From Candidatus Methylomirabilia bacterium (GTDB taxonomy: Bacteria; Methylomirabilota; Methylomirabilia; Rokubacteriales; CSP1-6): DNA of 39,884 bases. Of the stretch, positions 26,730 through 36,496 are shown piece by piece. Position numbers and translations under genes: made by a program. The notes below the pieces were generated by a model. It saw nothing but the letters and a program-made list of their open reading frames with translations. It was not told the origin of the DNA and did no database searches. Position 1 is the first letter of the stretch; each line of letters starts with the position of its first letter. The stretch spans positions 1 through 39,884 of the forward strand of contig JBHIBG010000015.1 of the NCBI GenBank assembly GCA_046758965.1. Reading direction: 5' to 3'.

Positions 26730-27608
26730 TCACGATGCCCTTCCAAAGAGGCCGGTGGGGCGCACCAGCAGGACGAGAGCAGCAATGAGGTAAAGCACGG
26801 CAAGTTCAAGCTCCTCATAGAACTGGATCACGCCAGTTCTAACGAAGCTTACGATGAGGGCTCCCACCAGGGCTCCCTCCAGGCTTCCAAGGCCGCCGAT
26901 GACGACGACTACGAACGCCAGGATGAGCACGTCGATGCCCATGCCAAGAACCGCCGCCTGGCTTGGAACGACGATGGCCCCGCCGAGGCCGGCCATGAAG
27001 CAACCGATCGCGAATGCCTGCACATAGACACGCCCGACGTTCAGGCCTAGGGCTGAGGCCATTCTCCTATCTTGCGAAGTCGCCCGCAGCATCACACCGA
27101 ACTTCGTGCGATACACGAACGCCCAGAGACCGAGGGCGGCGACGGCGCCGATCGCGATCACCAGCAGATTGTAAGTGGGGTATACCAGGCCTAGGACACG
27201 AATACCTCCCAAGGCGTCCACAAGCTCGCTCGCGGAAAGGGGTATCCCGCCCCACACCACGTGCATGAAGTCCTCTAGGACCAAAAGCAGACCAAAGGTT
27301 AACAACAGCTGATATTCTTCCGGTCGCTTGTAGAGGGGTCGCAGCAAGGTGGGTTCAATCACGAGTCCCGCCGCGGCGACGGCGATTGCCCCAACGGGCA
27401 ACAACGCGAAAAGGCCTAGGATATGTACACTGCCCACCATGGCTCCCACGGCCCAGGCTGTCACGTAGGCGCCGAGTGCATAAAGAGTTCCGTGCGCCAG
27501 ATTGATGATCCCCATCACGCCGAATATCAAACTGAGGCCGGCAGCGATGAGGAACAGCACCGAGGCATAGAACAACGAGTTCAGAACCTGAATGACGAGA
27601 ATATCCAC
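26730..27608 (-). CDS. livH: HAAT ABC permease (LivH-like)
   Basis: AAGLSLIFGVMGIINLAHG, TKFGVMLRATSQDRRMA, FVVVVIGGLGSLEGA. Confidence 0.92.
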   Translation of the reverse strand: MDILVIQVLNSLFYASVLFLIAAGLSLIFGVMGIINLAHGTLYALGAYVTAWAVGAMVGSVHILGLFALLPVGAIAVAAAGLVIEPTLLRPLYKRPEEYQLLLTFGLLLVLEDFMHVVWGGIPLSASELVDALGGIRVLGLVYPTYNLLVIAIGAVAALGLWAFVYRTKFGVMLRATSQDRRMASALGLNVGRVYVQAFAIGCFMAGLGGAIVVPSQAAVLGMGIDVLILAFVVVVIGGLGSLEGALVGALIVSFVRTGVIQFYEELELAVLYLIAALVLLVRPTGLFGRAS

Positions 27609-27736
27609 GGGTCTCGACCTTTACCGGTTGCTCCCGGCTCGATTGCCATAATGTTTGAAAGACTAGAAGCGTCGCGAGAATAGGGTATCAGCGTCTCGGG
27701 TGCAAGCGTGAATCAAGCGTTCTCCGTAGCTCATGA

Positions 27737-30094
27737 TTAGGTGGCCTCAAAGCTAAGAATTCCTGTCGCCGGATTGACGGAATTGCCGTCGAGATAGATG
27801 GCCACGAGAAACGTGTACCGGCCACGAGGCAAGCGTTCTGGCAGGTCTGCCACGAAGCGTCCCTCATCGTCCCACCTCGCCGTACCGGTTCCTACGACGG
27901 AGCCGTCAGGGGCCACCACAACATAACGGGAATCGAGGCGAATTCGGTAGAAGCCTCGCATCGCTTGTCGCTTCAAGCGTTCCCGTACAATGGTATGGGT
28001 TCGTTGGACCTTGACGACCTTTTCCACGTCCACATCGATCAGAACGCGATTAGCCTCCCGTTTCATCTGGGTGATGACTGCCCGAGGTGGATAGGCATAC
28101 CGGTCAAAGCTGCCGATTCCCCAAGGGTAGGTCAATTCCCTGACCACCTGAAACACTGACGAGTGATCTGACCACTTCTTGAGTCGATAAGGACCGTTGG
28201 TGACGAGCAGGTGACCACGGCTTTCGGCGAACTTCTTGAGAGCACGCCAGCGGAGACGGGCGGCTTCGGCAGTGACACGGTCTCTTAATGCAGCAGGGCG
28301 GTAACCGTTTCGCTCAAACTCGTTAACCAGCGCGCTCAACCTCTCTCGCAGCGATCGATCTCGTGCCAGATCCAGCCAGGCCACCTTTTGACGCTCGGCC
28401 TCCTCCTTCGAGAAGGCCGCAAACCCCCGCTGCACTGCTTCCTCCATGAGCGCCAACAAATGCCACGGAACGGTGCTCCACGGGGGGGCGAGCGCAGCTA
28501 CTTGCAACGAGTCTGGGGCCAGATAGTTGACGTAGACCTCGATGACGGGAGTCTGCTGGAGCACCTTGATGTCGGGCGCGATCTCTTTGATCTTCCGTGC
28601 GACACGCACCACCCTCACGCCCACGAGCCGCTCGCGCATCAAGGCCGTGGCGGCTTCGATGGCTGGGTCATAGGCACGGTCAGCGTCGCCGACCTTAACT
28701 CCCCATCGATACGCGAGGATGTAGGGATACAAAAGATCGGCAACCTCCGTTTCGGTACCATCATGGAACAGCGAAGCTTGGACCCGATAGACGATCTTCG
28801 CCCCGCTGACGGTCCCCTTGCCCACGGGCTGGAGCCCGCCGGTCCCAGCCTGCGGGATCACCGCGACGGCTGGCACCTGGAAGCCTTGCGAGTCGGTCCC
28901 GTCGGCGACGCTGGGATCGATGCGGTTGGGGATCCAGCTACCATTGTATGGGAGCGGTAACAAGGCGGAATCGCCTAATGTGGACCACATCAGCCGCCCC
29001 ACGGCATCCGTAAAGCCCGCAACGGGATTCCAGGCAGCTTCAGGCTTCTTATTAATCCCGAGTCGGAGCCAGCCGTTCCAAGGGAAGTCCTTGAGCTTTA
29101 CTGTCCTGACGAAGACCGGAGAGTTCATGCCCAGCTGGGAGTCGAAGGCAATATTTTCGACACCTTCCGAGAAGCTGTCGTTGTAATACTCTCGTCTCAA
29201 GGTGTAGCCCACGACTACCCGCTCACAGCTTCGGGTAAGATTCGCGATCAGGCGCCGTTCCAAATTGAGTCGCTCCGTTAAGCCGCTATCTTCGCCTCGC
29301 ACCAACCGCCGATAGATCGTGTTCGCGACTCGTTGTTCGTCGGGGTCGCTGAGCACTGACGCCAACAACCGGTAAGCGTGGAACCATCCTTCTTTCATCC
29401 ACGGGGGGCCAAGCCACCCGTTCAGCCGAGCGCCCGAACTCGACATCAGGTGGTTGACCGCCACCTCCTCCAGGCTGACGTCCCAGTTGTCGTGGTTCAG
29501 CTTCCACCTAGATCGGACAAGCGCCTCTGCGTGCTCGCCTCTCGCGCGAAACTTCAGGGCGAGATTGATCGCGCTTTGAGCTTGAGCCCTTGCCTTGGCT
29601 TCTTTGATCCGATCCAAGTGCTGGAGATAGTCCGGGTGATAGGAGGTGACGGGATAAGGACTAAAGACAACGTCTTGCGCGTCTCCCACAAGCGCGGCGA
29701 GGATCCCGCGTGCGGCGCCACAGCGGCTCTCCGCTTGCTTGAACGCCTCGGAAGCCGGGTTGAAGGTAAGAACCAGGAAGGCGTCGAGGGACTCGACCGA
29801 CTTTAGGTGGCCTGGAACGCTGCCCGCAAAGCGTGGCCTTGACCCGAGATAGACGTGCAGAGTGTTTTTCTCGAATTGCGCCGCCGCAGACGCCGGGTCC
29901 AATGTTTCGATCGTGATTTCTTGGGGGTAGAACGATGGGATGTCCACCACCCCGTGCCCACCGCGGGCGGGGGCCCATCCCGCGAATATGCTGATCAACA
30001 GCAGTGCGGCGCCGGCAAAGCGTTTCACAGTGACTCGAATGACCCAGCCAATGCCAAAAAGAGGCACGAAGGAGCGGCCGTGCTTGCGGAGCAC
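27737..30094 (-). CDS. Large exported hypothetical protein with family-5 (peptide/nickel) SBP-like segments
   Basis: Signal-peptide-like N-terminus; AWNPVAGFTD, FHDGT....ADLLY and VTNGPYRLKKW segments resemble family-5 SBP motifs; lies between livK and livH. Confidence 0.6.
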   Translation of the reverse strand: MLRKHGRSFVPLFGIGWVIRVTVKRFAGAALLLISIFAGWAPARGGHGVVDIPSFYPQEITIETLDPASAAAQFEKNTLHVYLGSRPRFAGSVPGHLKSVESLDAFLVLTFNPASEAFKQAESRCGAARGILAALVGDAQDVVFSPYPVTSYHPDYLQHLDRIKEAKARAQAQSAINLALKFRARGEHAEALVRSRWKLNHDNWDVSLEEVAVNHLMSSSGARLNGWLGPPWMKEGWFHAYRLLASVLSDPDEQRVANTIYRRLVRGEDSGLTERLNLERRLIANLTRSCERVVVGYTLRREYYNDSFSEGVENIAFDSQLGMNSPVFVRTVKLKDFPWNGWLRLGINKKPEAAWNPVAGFTDAVGRLMWSTLGDSALLPLPYNGSWIPNRIDPSVADGTDSQGFQVPAVAVIPQAGTGGLQPVGKGTVSGAKIVYRVQASLFHDGTETEVADLLYPYILAYRWGVKVGDADRAYDPAIEAATALMRERLVGVRVVRVARKIKEIAPDIKVLQQTPVIEVYVNYLAPDSLQVAALAPPWSTVPWHLLALMEEAVQRGFAAFSKEEAERQKVAWLDLARDRSLRERLSALVNEFERNGYRPAALRDRVTAEAARLRWRALKKFAESRGHLLVTNGPYRLKKWSDHSSVFQVVRELTYPWGIGSFDRYAYPPRAVITQMKREANRVLIDVDVEKVVKVQRTHTIVRERLKRQAMRGFYRIRLDSRYVVVAPDGSVVGTGTARWDDEGRFVADLPERLPRGRYTFLVAIYLDGNSVNPATGILSFEAT

Positions 30095-30127
30095 GGCCGC
30101 TCCCCAGAAGAAAGGCTCAGACTGGCC

Positions 30128-31519
30128 TCAGGCTTTGGGCCAGGTGGTCTTGATCCAGTTAGCCGCTGCTGTGGACTCGTCGTGCGTGGTCCCGGGCTTC
30201 GGCCAGTTGGGCGGCGCCGTGATATTCCGGATGGGAATCGAAATGATGGAGCCGGGGTCCCAAACCGGGAACGGGAAGTCGGGGAACTTCTTGCTCATCC
30301 CAATTACCGAGTCCTTGTATCCCTGGTGGTTGTCGGGCCGGAGGTAGATATAGCCCGCCGGCGCATCCAACCCCATGCCTTCGAGCTGGGCGATGATCGC
30401 CTCGGTATCGGGCCAGCCTCCCACCAGCTTGTTGGCCTTCTCCACCGCCGCCTTGAGCAAGTAGAGCGCCGTATAGCCGCCGTCGGCCTCGAAGCTCGGA
30501 TATTCGTTCCAGCGCTTGCGATAGCGCTCGACGAACGATGTGTTGATCGGCCACATCTTGCCGTGCGGGAACATGAAGTGATAGTTGGCATGCACCCCGG
30601 CCAGGACGCCGTCGGGGTGATCCTTTCCGATCGCGTGCGGGACCCCGCCGAAGGCCAGAGTCGTGGCGACCTTCATTTTGTCGAAGAGCCCGAAACGAAG
30701 GGCCTGCTTGTAGAACGTGACGTAGTCTCCTCCCCACAGGCCGGTCACCAGCAGGTCCGGCTTGGCGGCAAGAAGCTTCGTGATGTGCGCCGTGAAGTCG
30801 GTCGTGAACAGCTTCGGCCAGGCCTCGGCAACGACCTCGGTGCCTGGCACGAGACGCTCGAACGCCAAGACGAAGTGTTCGTGGACGTTCCGGCCGTAAC
30901 TATAGTCTGGCTGGATGGAGGCGATCTTGCGCGCCTCCGGCCACGCCCTCGCCGCGCCAACCGCGGTCGTCACCCCGTCTGCCGACTGAATGTTGGTCAC
31001 CCGGAACACGTAATGTGGGTTAGGAACCGCCTTGTCGAACAGGAAGTCGGTGCACCCGTCGTTGAACAGCGTCAGTATCCCGAGCTCTTCGGCCACCGGG
31101 CCGAGGGCGGGGGTGTTGCCGCTGGAGATGATCCCGGTGAAAACGTCGATGCCCTCGGAAAGCTTCATCCTCCTGAGTTCCTTGACGTTGGCGTCGGTGC
31201 CGGCGGCCTCGTCCGCCGTGATCGTCTCGATCTTGCGCTTGCCCAGCAGCCCTCCCTCGGCGTTGATCTCCTCCGCTGCCAGGCTGTGCCCCCTCAAACC
31301 CGGGCCGCCTAGAAGCGCGGCGGGGCCTGTCTGGAACGTGATGTGGCCGGCCTTGATCGGCTTGCTAGGAATTTTCCCCTTGGGTTTCACCGCGGCGTGA
31401 GCCAGGCGAGGACCAGCGAAATATCCCGCTGTCCCGACGCCGGCGACCCCCAGGCCGGCGGCCCCCACCGTCACTCCCAACCGGTTCAGAAATTCCCGAC
31501 GATTGACTTGTTCCGACAT
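30128..31519 (-). CDS. HAAT (LivK-like) ABC substrate-binding protein, Tat-exported
   Basis: SD GGAGGA; NRREFLN Tat motif; AAEEINAEGGLLGKRKIE, GIISSG, PDYSYG, DFTAHITKL. Confidence 0.92.
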   Translation of the reverse strand: MSEQVNRREFLNRLGVTVGAAGLGVAGVGTAGYFAGPRLAHAAVKPKGKIPSKPIKAGHITFQTGPAALLGGPGLRGHSLAAEEINAEGGLLGKRKIETITADEAAGTDANVKELRRMKLSEGIDVFTGIISSGNTPALGPVAEELGILTLFNDGCTDFLFDKAVPNPHYVFRVTNIQSADGVTTAVGAARAWPEARKIASIQPDYSYGRNVHEHFVLAFERLVPGTEVVAEAWPKLFTTDFTAHITKLLAAKPDLLVTGLWGGDYVTFYKQALRFGLFDKMKVATTLAFGGVPHAIGKDHPDGVLAGVHANYHFMFPHGKMWPINTSFVERYRKRWNEYPSFEADGGYTALYLLKAAVEKANKLVGGWPDTEAIIAQLEGMGLDAPAGYIYLRPDNHQGYKDSVIGMSKKFPDFPFPVWDPGSIISIPIRNITAPPNWPKPGTTHDESTAAANWIKTTWPKA

Positions 31520-31561
31520 GGTTCTATCCTCCCCCAAAAAACGTGGTTGGCCAGCGGATGC

Positions 31562-31591
31562 AGGGTAACTGCCACGTCCAGGCGATGTCAA
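31562..31591 (-). promoter_or_regulatory. ABC operon promoter TTGACA-18-TACCCT
   Basis: TGTCAA 31586-31591 and AGGGTA 31562-31567 on +; about 40 nt before ATG31519. Confidence 0.55.
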
Positions 31592-31696
31592 TAGCAATGT
31601 GGAACTTCTCTTGACCCAGCCAGAGGGCCCGCTGCCTGCCGGAGAGGGCCTGCCGAGCGCAACGCCATGACCCTCGTGGGCGACAGTGTCAGGAGG

Positions 31697-33961
31697 TCAC
31701 TGGCTCCCCGCACCCTCAAGGCGTCCTGGGGCTGGTGGCCTCTCGGCGCGGCCGAAGTCTTTGACGAGTTCAGCCACCTTCCCCGGGTCGTCGGTCGGAA
31801 GTGAGCACATCGTCCCCACGCACACATACGCCCGGGGGCCTCCCCTCGGGGCGGTGTTCTTGATCGCCGCCACGACGGCCGGGGGGAGCTCCTCAAGCCG
31901 AACTTGGCCGGGATCATAAGCCGCCACGATCTTACCGGACCGATACGTTCCGAGAGCAGCCTCCCAGAGGGCGCGGGTTCGGAGGTCCGTCCTGGGGCCG
32001 ACGATGACCGCGTGAGCCGGCGGGTTGAGAAGCTGATCGACCGCCAGGGCGTAGCCGGCGCCCCGAAGGCCCAGCTCGCTGCCAGCCATCATCTTGAGCG
32101 TGGCCTCGGCCCGCTGACGGTAGCGAGAGTCGTTGGTCAGGTAAAAGAGCCGATCCAGCAAGCGCGCCGCAAGCGCGTTAGGCGACGGGGTTTCGGTGTC
32201 CTCGATCGGCTTTGTGCGCTCGCGGAGGATCGCGAGGGCGCTCGGGCTCTGGCGGGTGTCGAAGAAGCCCCCGCTCGCCGGATCCCAGAAGTTGCCAAGG
32301 AGGAAATCCGCCACTTCCCGGGCCCGGCCCAGATACCGCGCCTCACCCGCCACCTCGAAGGCGTCGAGCAGGGCCCACGCGAACCAGACCTGGTCGGCAA
32401 GAAACCCGCCTACCAGCGGGCGGCCGGGGTAGTAGGCGTGGGCCACGCCGGAGTGAGGGTGGTAGAGCTTTCCCCAGAGGGCATCGAGGCTTCTGAGGGC
32501 GAAGGCCCGGGCATCACGTCTGCCCAGAACCTTGAACACCTCCAGGTAGGCGGAGATGAGCATGCCGTTTCGATCGGCCAGGATCGTGCGGTCCACGAGC
32601 GGAGCCTTGCGCCGGCCGCGAGCCGCCAGGAGCCGGGCCGTGCCGGATCGGAGAAGAGAGGTGATCTCGGGAACCGGTTTCTCCAGCTCCGCGGCGATCT
32701 CGTCGAGAGATCGGGCGATCCAGAGGACGTTCTTCGCCGTGTTCTCCCGCATCTCTCCGACTGGGCGGATGTCAAAACGTCGGCTGAGGACTTCGGCCTC
32801 GTCGTTCGGGAGGGCCTGTCGGACCTCCTCCAGGCTCCAGCTGAAGTAATCCCCGTCGTCCTCGCGCGTCATGTCGGCGTCCTGATGGGCGTAGAACCCG
32901 CCCTGCTGGCGGTCCGCCAGCACACGGTCGACGTACGCAAGAACCCCTTCGGCTACCTCTCGGAAGAGCCCATTTCCCGTCACCTGATAGGCGTGGAGGT
33001 AGTTGATGAGCACCTGGGCCTGGACATAGGCCATCTGCTCGAAGTGCGGCATCCGCCAGCCGGGGTCAGTTGAGTAGCGGTGGAATCCCCCTCCTAGCTG
33101 GTCCCGGATCCCCCCTCGCGCCATCGCCTCCAGGGTCCGGGTGGCGACTTGGAGCATCCGCTCATCACCCCGCTCAACTGCGAGCTTCAGAGCCAGCTCG
33201 ACAACACTCCCTCGCGGGGGCTGCGGGCCCTGGCCGAGGCCGCCCGTCGCGGGGCCAAATCGATCAAGCACGGTCTGGGCGATGGCGTCCACGAGAGCGG
33301 GGGAGAGATCACCAGCTCGCAGGGCCTTGGCCCGTAGCGCCGCAACGGCAGCGTGAAAGTCCGCGCTCGCCTGCTTCACCATCTCTCGCTTGCTCCGATA
33401 GATCTCGTACAACTTCGGAAGAAGCGTCTTGAAGCCCGGCCGGCCAGGGCGGTCGTCAGGGTAAAACAGTCCCCCGCCAAAAAACACCTTCCCGGCCGGG
33501 GTCATGAACACCGTCAACGGCCAGCCGCTGTGGCCGGTCAGGGCGTGGATCGCCTCTTGGTAACGGCGGTCGATGTCTGGGCGGGCATCCCGATCTACCC
33601 GGATCGGGATGAAGAACCGGTTGATCACGGCCGCGACCTCATGATCCGAATAGGTCTCCCGATCCATTACATGACACCAGTGGCACCAGATCCCGCCGAT
33701 GTCCATCAGGATAGGGCGATCAAGCTCTCTGGCCAGCCTGAACGCCTTCTCCCCCCACGCTTGCCAGGCGATCGGATGATCGGCGGCCTCTCGGAGATAG
33801 GGGCTCGCAGCGGTCGCCAGCCGGTTGGTAAGCACGCCGGCTGAGGCTGCGGGATGGGACATCGCCCCGAAGATGACACTGAGCGCACTGACCACGACGG
33901 TCGACCGGACACTTTCCAGGAAATCCGGACGGGCCTTGAGAGATCGCGTGAGAGACATCAT
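31697..33961 (-). CDS. yyaL: YyaL/SSP411 (DUF255) thioredoxin-domain plus alpha/alpha-barrel protein with a putative signal peptide
   Basis: TNRLA...SPYL...HPIAW..WG, WCHWCHVMDRETY, VDRDARPDID..YQ, GWPLTVFMTP, GGIRDQLGGGFHRYS, AYVCVG..CSLP. Start taken as ATG33961; the ORF is open to 34105. Confidence 0.9.
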   Translation of the reverse strand: MMSLTRSLKARPDFLESVRSTVVVSALSVIFGAMSHPAASAGVLTNRLATAASPYLREAADHPIAWQAWGEKAFRLARELDRPILMDIGGIWCHWCHVMDRETYSDHEVAAVINRFFIPIRVDRDARPDIDRRYQEAIHALTGHSGWPLTVFMTPAGKVFFGGGLFYPDDRPGRPGFKTLLPKLYEIYRSKREMVKQASADFHAAVAALRAKALRAGDLSPALVDAIAQTVLDRFGPATGGLGQGPQPPRGSVVELALKLAVERGDERMLQVATRTLEAMARGGIRDQLGGGFHRYSTDPGWRMPHFEQMAYVQAQVLINYLHAYQVTGNGLFREVAEGVLAYVDRVLADRQQGGFYAHQDADMTREDDGDYFSWSLEEVRQALPNDEAEVLSRRFDIRPVGEMRENTAKNVLWIARSLDEIAAELEKPVPEITSLLRSGTARLLAARGRRKAPLVDRTILADRNGMLISAYLEVFKVLGRRDARAFALRSLDALWGKLYHPHSGVAHAYYPGRPLVGGFLADQVWFAWALLDAFEVAGEARYLGRAREVADFLLGNFWDPASGGFFDTRQSPSALAILRERTKPIEDTETPSPNALAARLLDRLFYLTNDSRYRQRAEATLKMMAGSELGLRGAGYALAVDQLLNPPAHAVIVGPRTDLRTRALWEAALGTYRSGKIVAAYDPGQVRLEELPPAVVAAIKNTAPRGGPRAYVCVGTMCSLPTDDPGKVAELVKDFGRAERPPAPGRLEGAGSQ

Positions 33962-34269
33962 AGATTTCGTACCGAACCTCCACCCTCCCACCGAGGGGCC
34001 TCGTCCTTCCTTTACTGCGACCTTAACCTCGTTTTTTCCTCGAGCTTTAGTTGCATCATCCTCCGTCTCGGGGACTTTTCGGCCCCTTTGCCTATCGAGA
34101 CCCAAACCGCCGATTCACCAGCCCGCACGGGTCCCCATTACGCCTCCCGCTCCTCGCCTTCGTGCCCTCCGGTACCACCCACGCGCCAGGTTTCGAAGGT
34201 CTGAAACCAGCACGGACGCCTCAGAGGTTGTTTCCTTAGACGGCATACATTTGAAGCCAGTCCTCCGGC

Positions 34270-34402
34270 TTTCATCGCCTCCGCGAAGACCAGGGCCGCC
34301 GCCACGGCGTTGCTCAGGTCATCGTGCGTGCCGGGGGAGGATCGATGATCTCCCTCCGGCCAGGCTCTCCGGTCGAGCCCGCACAACGGGGCGATGAACC
34401 TA
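34270..34402 (-). pseudogene. Remnant of a phage terminase large-subunit-like C-terminus
   Basis: RFIAPLCGLDRR...GTHDDLSNAVAAALV, with REIIDPP in a shifted frame between them; resembles, from recall, the terminase C-terminal pattern L..LERR..GRD.IDHPPG.HDDLANAVAGAL. Confidence 0.5.
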
Positions 34403-34412
34403 CCCATTATGG

Positions 34413-35285
34413 CTAGGTGCCTCGGATGTAACGCTGGAAGAAGAGCGTCAAGCCGAAGCCAACGACACCCCACCCCGCAGCCCCGCTGTTTTCAGTGCCG
34501 GCGATCAGCAGGGCGTCGAGGAGGGAGATGCCCGCGATGAAGCTGATGACCGCGCCTGGGATGTTGGTGCGTCGTTTGCGAACCAACATCGAGATCGCGT
34601 AGCACACCCAGCCGAGGAAGCCCACGTAGATCAGGGCCCCGCCACCACCCCCGAGCAGAACCGGGACGCCGTAGACAAAGGGCGCGCCGAGGAAGGCGAG
34701 CGGCCAGAGATTCCGGTACTCGGAGAGAAGCTCCTGCTGTGCGACATAGGTCAGCCCGATCAGGTACAGGAGGAGAACGAGGGCGCCTCCCAGTACCGGG
34801 GGTGCGAGGCGATCAGCCACAGCCACGGCGGCCGTGACGTAGACCAGGACACGGCAGAGCCCCATCACCACGGGGCTCAAGGGGTCACGCCTGTGCCGGG
34901 CGTCGTAGTAGGTGATGAGGGCGGCCAGCGCCAGGCCTGAGGCCAGAGGCGCCCAGCTGGGGCGTCCGCCCCGCCAGAAGGCGTGGGCAGCCAGGATGAG
35001 CAGGGCGACTGCGAACATCCCGTAGCCGATTCCGAAGACCTCTCGCGCGCTGACCAGCCCGGAGGGGATGGGCCGCTCGGGGCGCTCGCGTGAGTCGATC
35101 TCCCGGTCGAAGGCGTCGTTCAGGTACATGCCGCCGATGTAGAAGAGTGACAGTGCGGCGATGAGCGCGGTGACGGTGGCGGGCTGGAGCGGGGCGTCCG
35201 CCAGGCTCACTCCCGCCAGCACGTTGGTCCAGACCGTGGGCAGGTTGGAGACCCGTCCGAGGCGGAGGTACACCGGCCATTTCAT
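34413..35285 (-). CDS. eboC: UbiA-family prenyltransferase EboC
   Basis: YLRLGRVSNLPTVWTNVLAG, Asp-rich GMYLNDAFDREID..ERPERPIPSG, YYD, MGLCR; ATG35285 overlaps the eboE stop (ATGA). Confidence 0.9.
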   Translation of the reverse strand: MKWPVYLRLGRVSNLPTVWTNVLAGVSLADAPLQPATVTALIAALSLFYIGGMYLNDAFDREIDSRERPERPIPSGLVSAREVFGIGYGMFAVALLILAAHAFWRGGRPSWAPLASGLALAALITYYDARHRRDPLSPVVMGLCRVLVYVTAAVAVADRLAPPVLGGALVLLLYLIGLTYVAQQELLSEYRNLWPLAFLGAPFVYGVPVLLGGGGGALIYVGFLGWVCYAISMLVRKRRTNIPGAVISFIAGISLLDALLIAGTENSGAAGWGVVGFGLTLFFQRYIRGT

Positions 35286-36496
35286 GGCGCCATCCGCTCG
35301 ATCACCCACCGAAGCTCTCGCGACACGGCGGTTACCGTGTCCTCCCGGCGGTGCTCCTCGGGGAGCACGTCCCACGTGTACGTCTCTACCTCGAGGTGCT
35401 GGGAGGGCGAGTCGCGTCGAAGGATGTCGAGCAGCTCGCGAAGGGAGTCCTGGGTGTTGTGGAAGAGGCCCAACCGCTCGCGGAAAAGGGGAACATGGAA
35501 ATGAATGCGCCACTCAAGGCCCTGGCCCGGAGCTCGGGCCGCCGCCGCCAATGCCAGGGGGAGGTCCACGTAGCGTCTCAGCCCGCCTCGGCCTCGTTCC
35601 ACGACCTGGTGAAGGTAGACTCCCTCGGCGAACGGCCGGAGTGCCTCGAGCGCCTCCGGGTTCCCGCCGTCGAAGAGGACCTTGAGCCCCGCGCTGATCT
35701 GGATCTTGCCGATGCGGATCCCGGCCGCCTGAAAGGCCCCGAGCGCGCTGCCGGGTTCCTCGAATTCCACAGCCATATGGCAGGCGTCGAAGCAGACGCC
35801 GAGGTGATCTCTTAGGACCGTCTCGCCGTCGCTCTTGGGGAGACCTGTCAAGGTGGCGAGTCGTGCCAGCGCCCGGGAGCTGAAGAGGTAACGCTCGAAG
35901 AACGCCACGGTCTCGGCCACCGTTTCCATGTAGCAGCAGGGCTCCGGCTCCACGGCCAGGGAAATGATCTTGCCAGTCCCCTCCCGGATCCGGTGAAGGG
36001 TGACGAGATGGCGGAGCATCAGCTCCGCCATACGGGCCACTTCGGATTCTTCCGTGACGCGCCCCTTGAAGGCCCCCGGCACCGTGTTAATGCTCCCTTC
36101 GAGTCCCGGCCCGGCGGGCAGCAGCTCGGCCAGGAGCATCGCCAGGCGGTCGGTGTAAGCCAGGCGTGCCTCGTCCATCCAATCGGGAAGGTAGACATCC
36201 TCCTTCACGCGGACACCGTGGAAAGGGCCGTAAGGGAAGCCGTTGATCGTGAAGACGTAAAGTTCGTTGGCATCCAGGAATTCCCGAAACGCCTCCAGCT
36301 GCCGCGGCTCCGCCAGCGCCTCGGCCGCTCGCGCTGAGAGCCGGAGTCCCACGCCAAAGGGGCGGTCGGGAGCCACGCGGGACTTCACGGCGGGGACGTA
36401 GCGCTCCAGGCTCGCGAGCACTTCAGCCCAGGTTTCCCCTGCGTGGACGTTGGTGCAGTAGGTCAGGTGGGGCCGACCGGGAGACGGCAGGTTCAC
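35282..36496 (-). CDS. eboE: EboE (xylose-isomerase-like TIM barrel)
   Basis: HLTYCTNVH.GETW, FGVGLRLS, FTINGFPYGPFH...VKEDVY.PDW, EPEPCC, CFDACHMAVEFE, YLHQV, WRIHFHVPLF, HLEVETYTWDVLP. Confidence 0.93.
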   Translation of the reverse strand: MNLPSPGRPHLTYCTNVHAGETWAEVLASLERYVPAVKSRVAPDRPFGVGLRLSARAAEALAEPRQLEAFREFLDANELYVFTINGFPYGPFHGVRVKEDVYLPDWMDEARLAYTDRLAMLLAELLPAGPGLEGSINTVPGAFKGRVTEESEVARMAELMLRHLVTLHRIREGTGKIISLAVEPEPCCYMETVAETVAFFERYLFSSRALARLATLTGLPKSDGETVLRDHLGVCFDACHMAVEFEEPGSALGAFQAAGIRIGKIQISAGLKVLFDGGNPEALEALRPFAEGVYLHQVVERGRGGLRRYVDLPLALAAAARAPGQGLEWRIHFHVPLFRERLGLFHNTQDSLRELLDILRRDSPSQHLEVETYTWDVLPEEHRREDTVTAVSRELRWVIERMAP

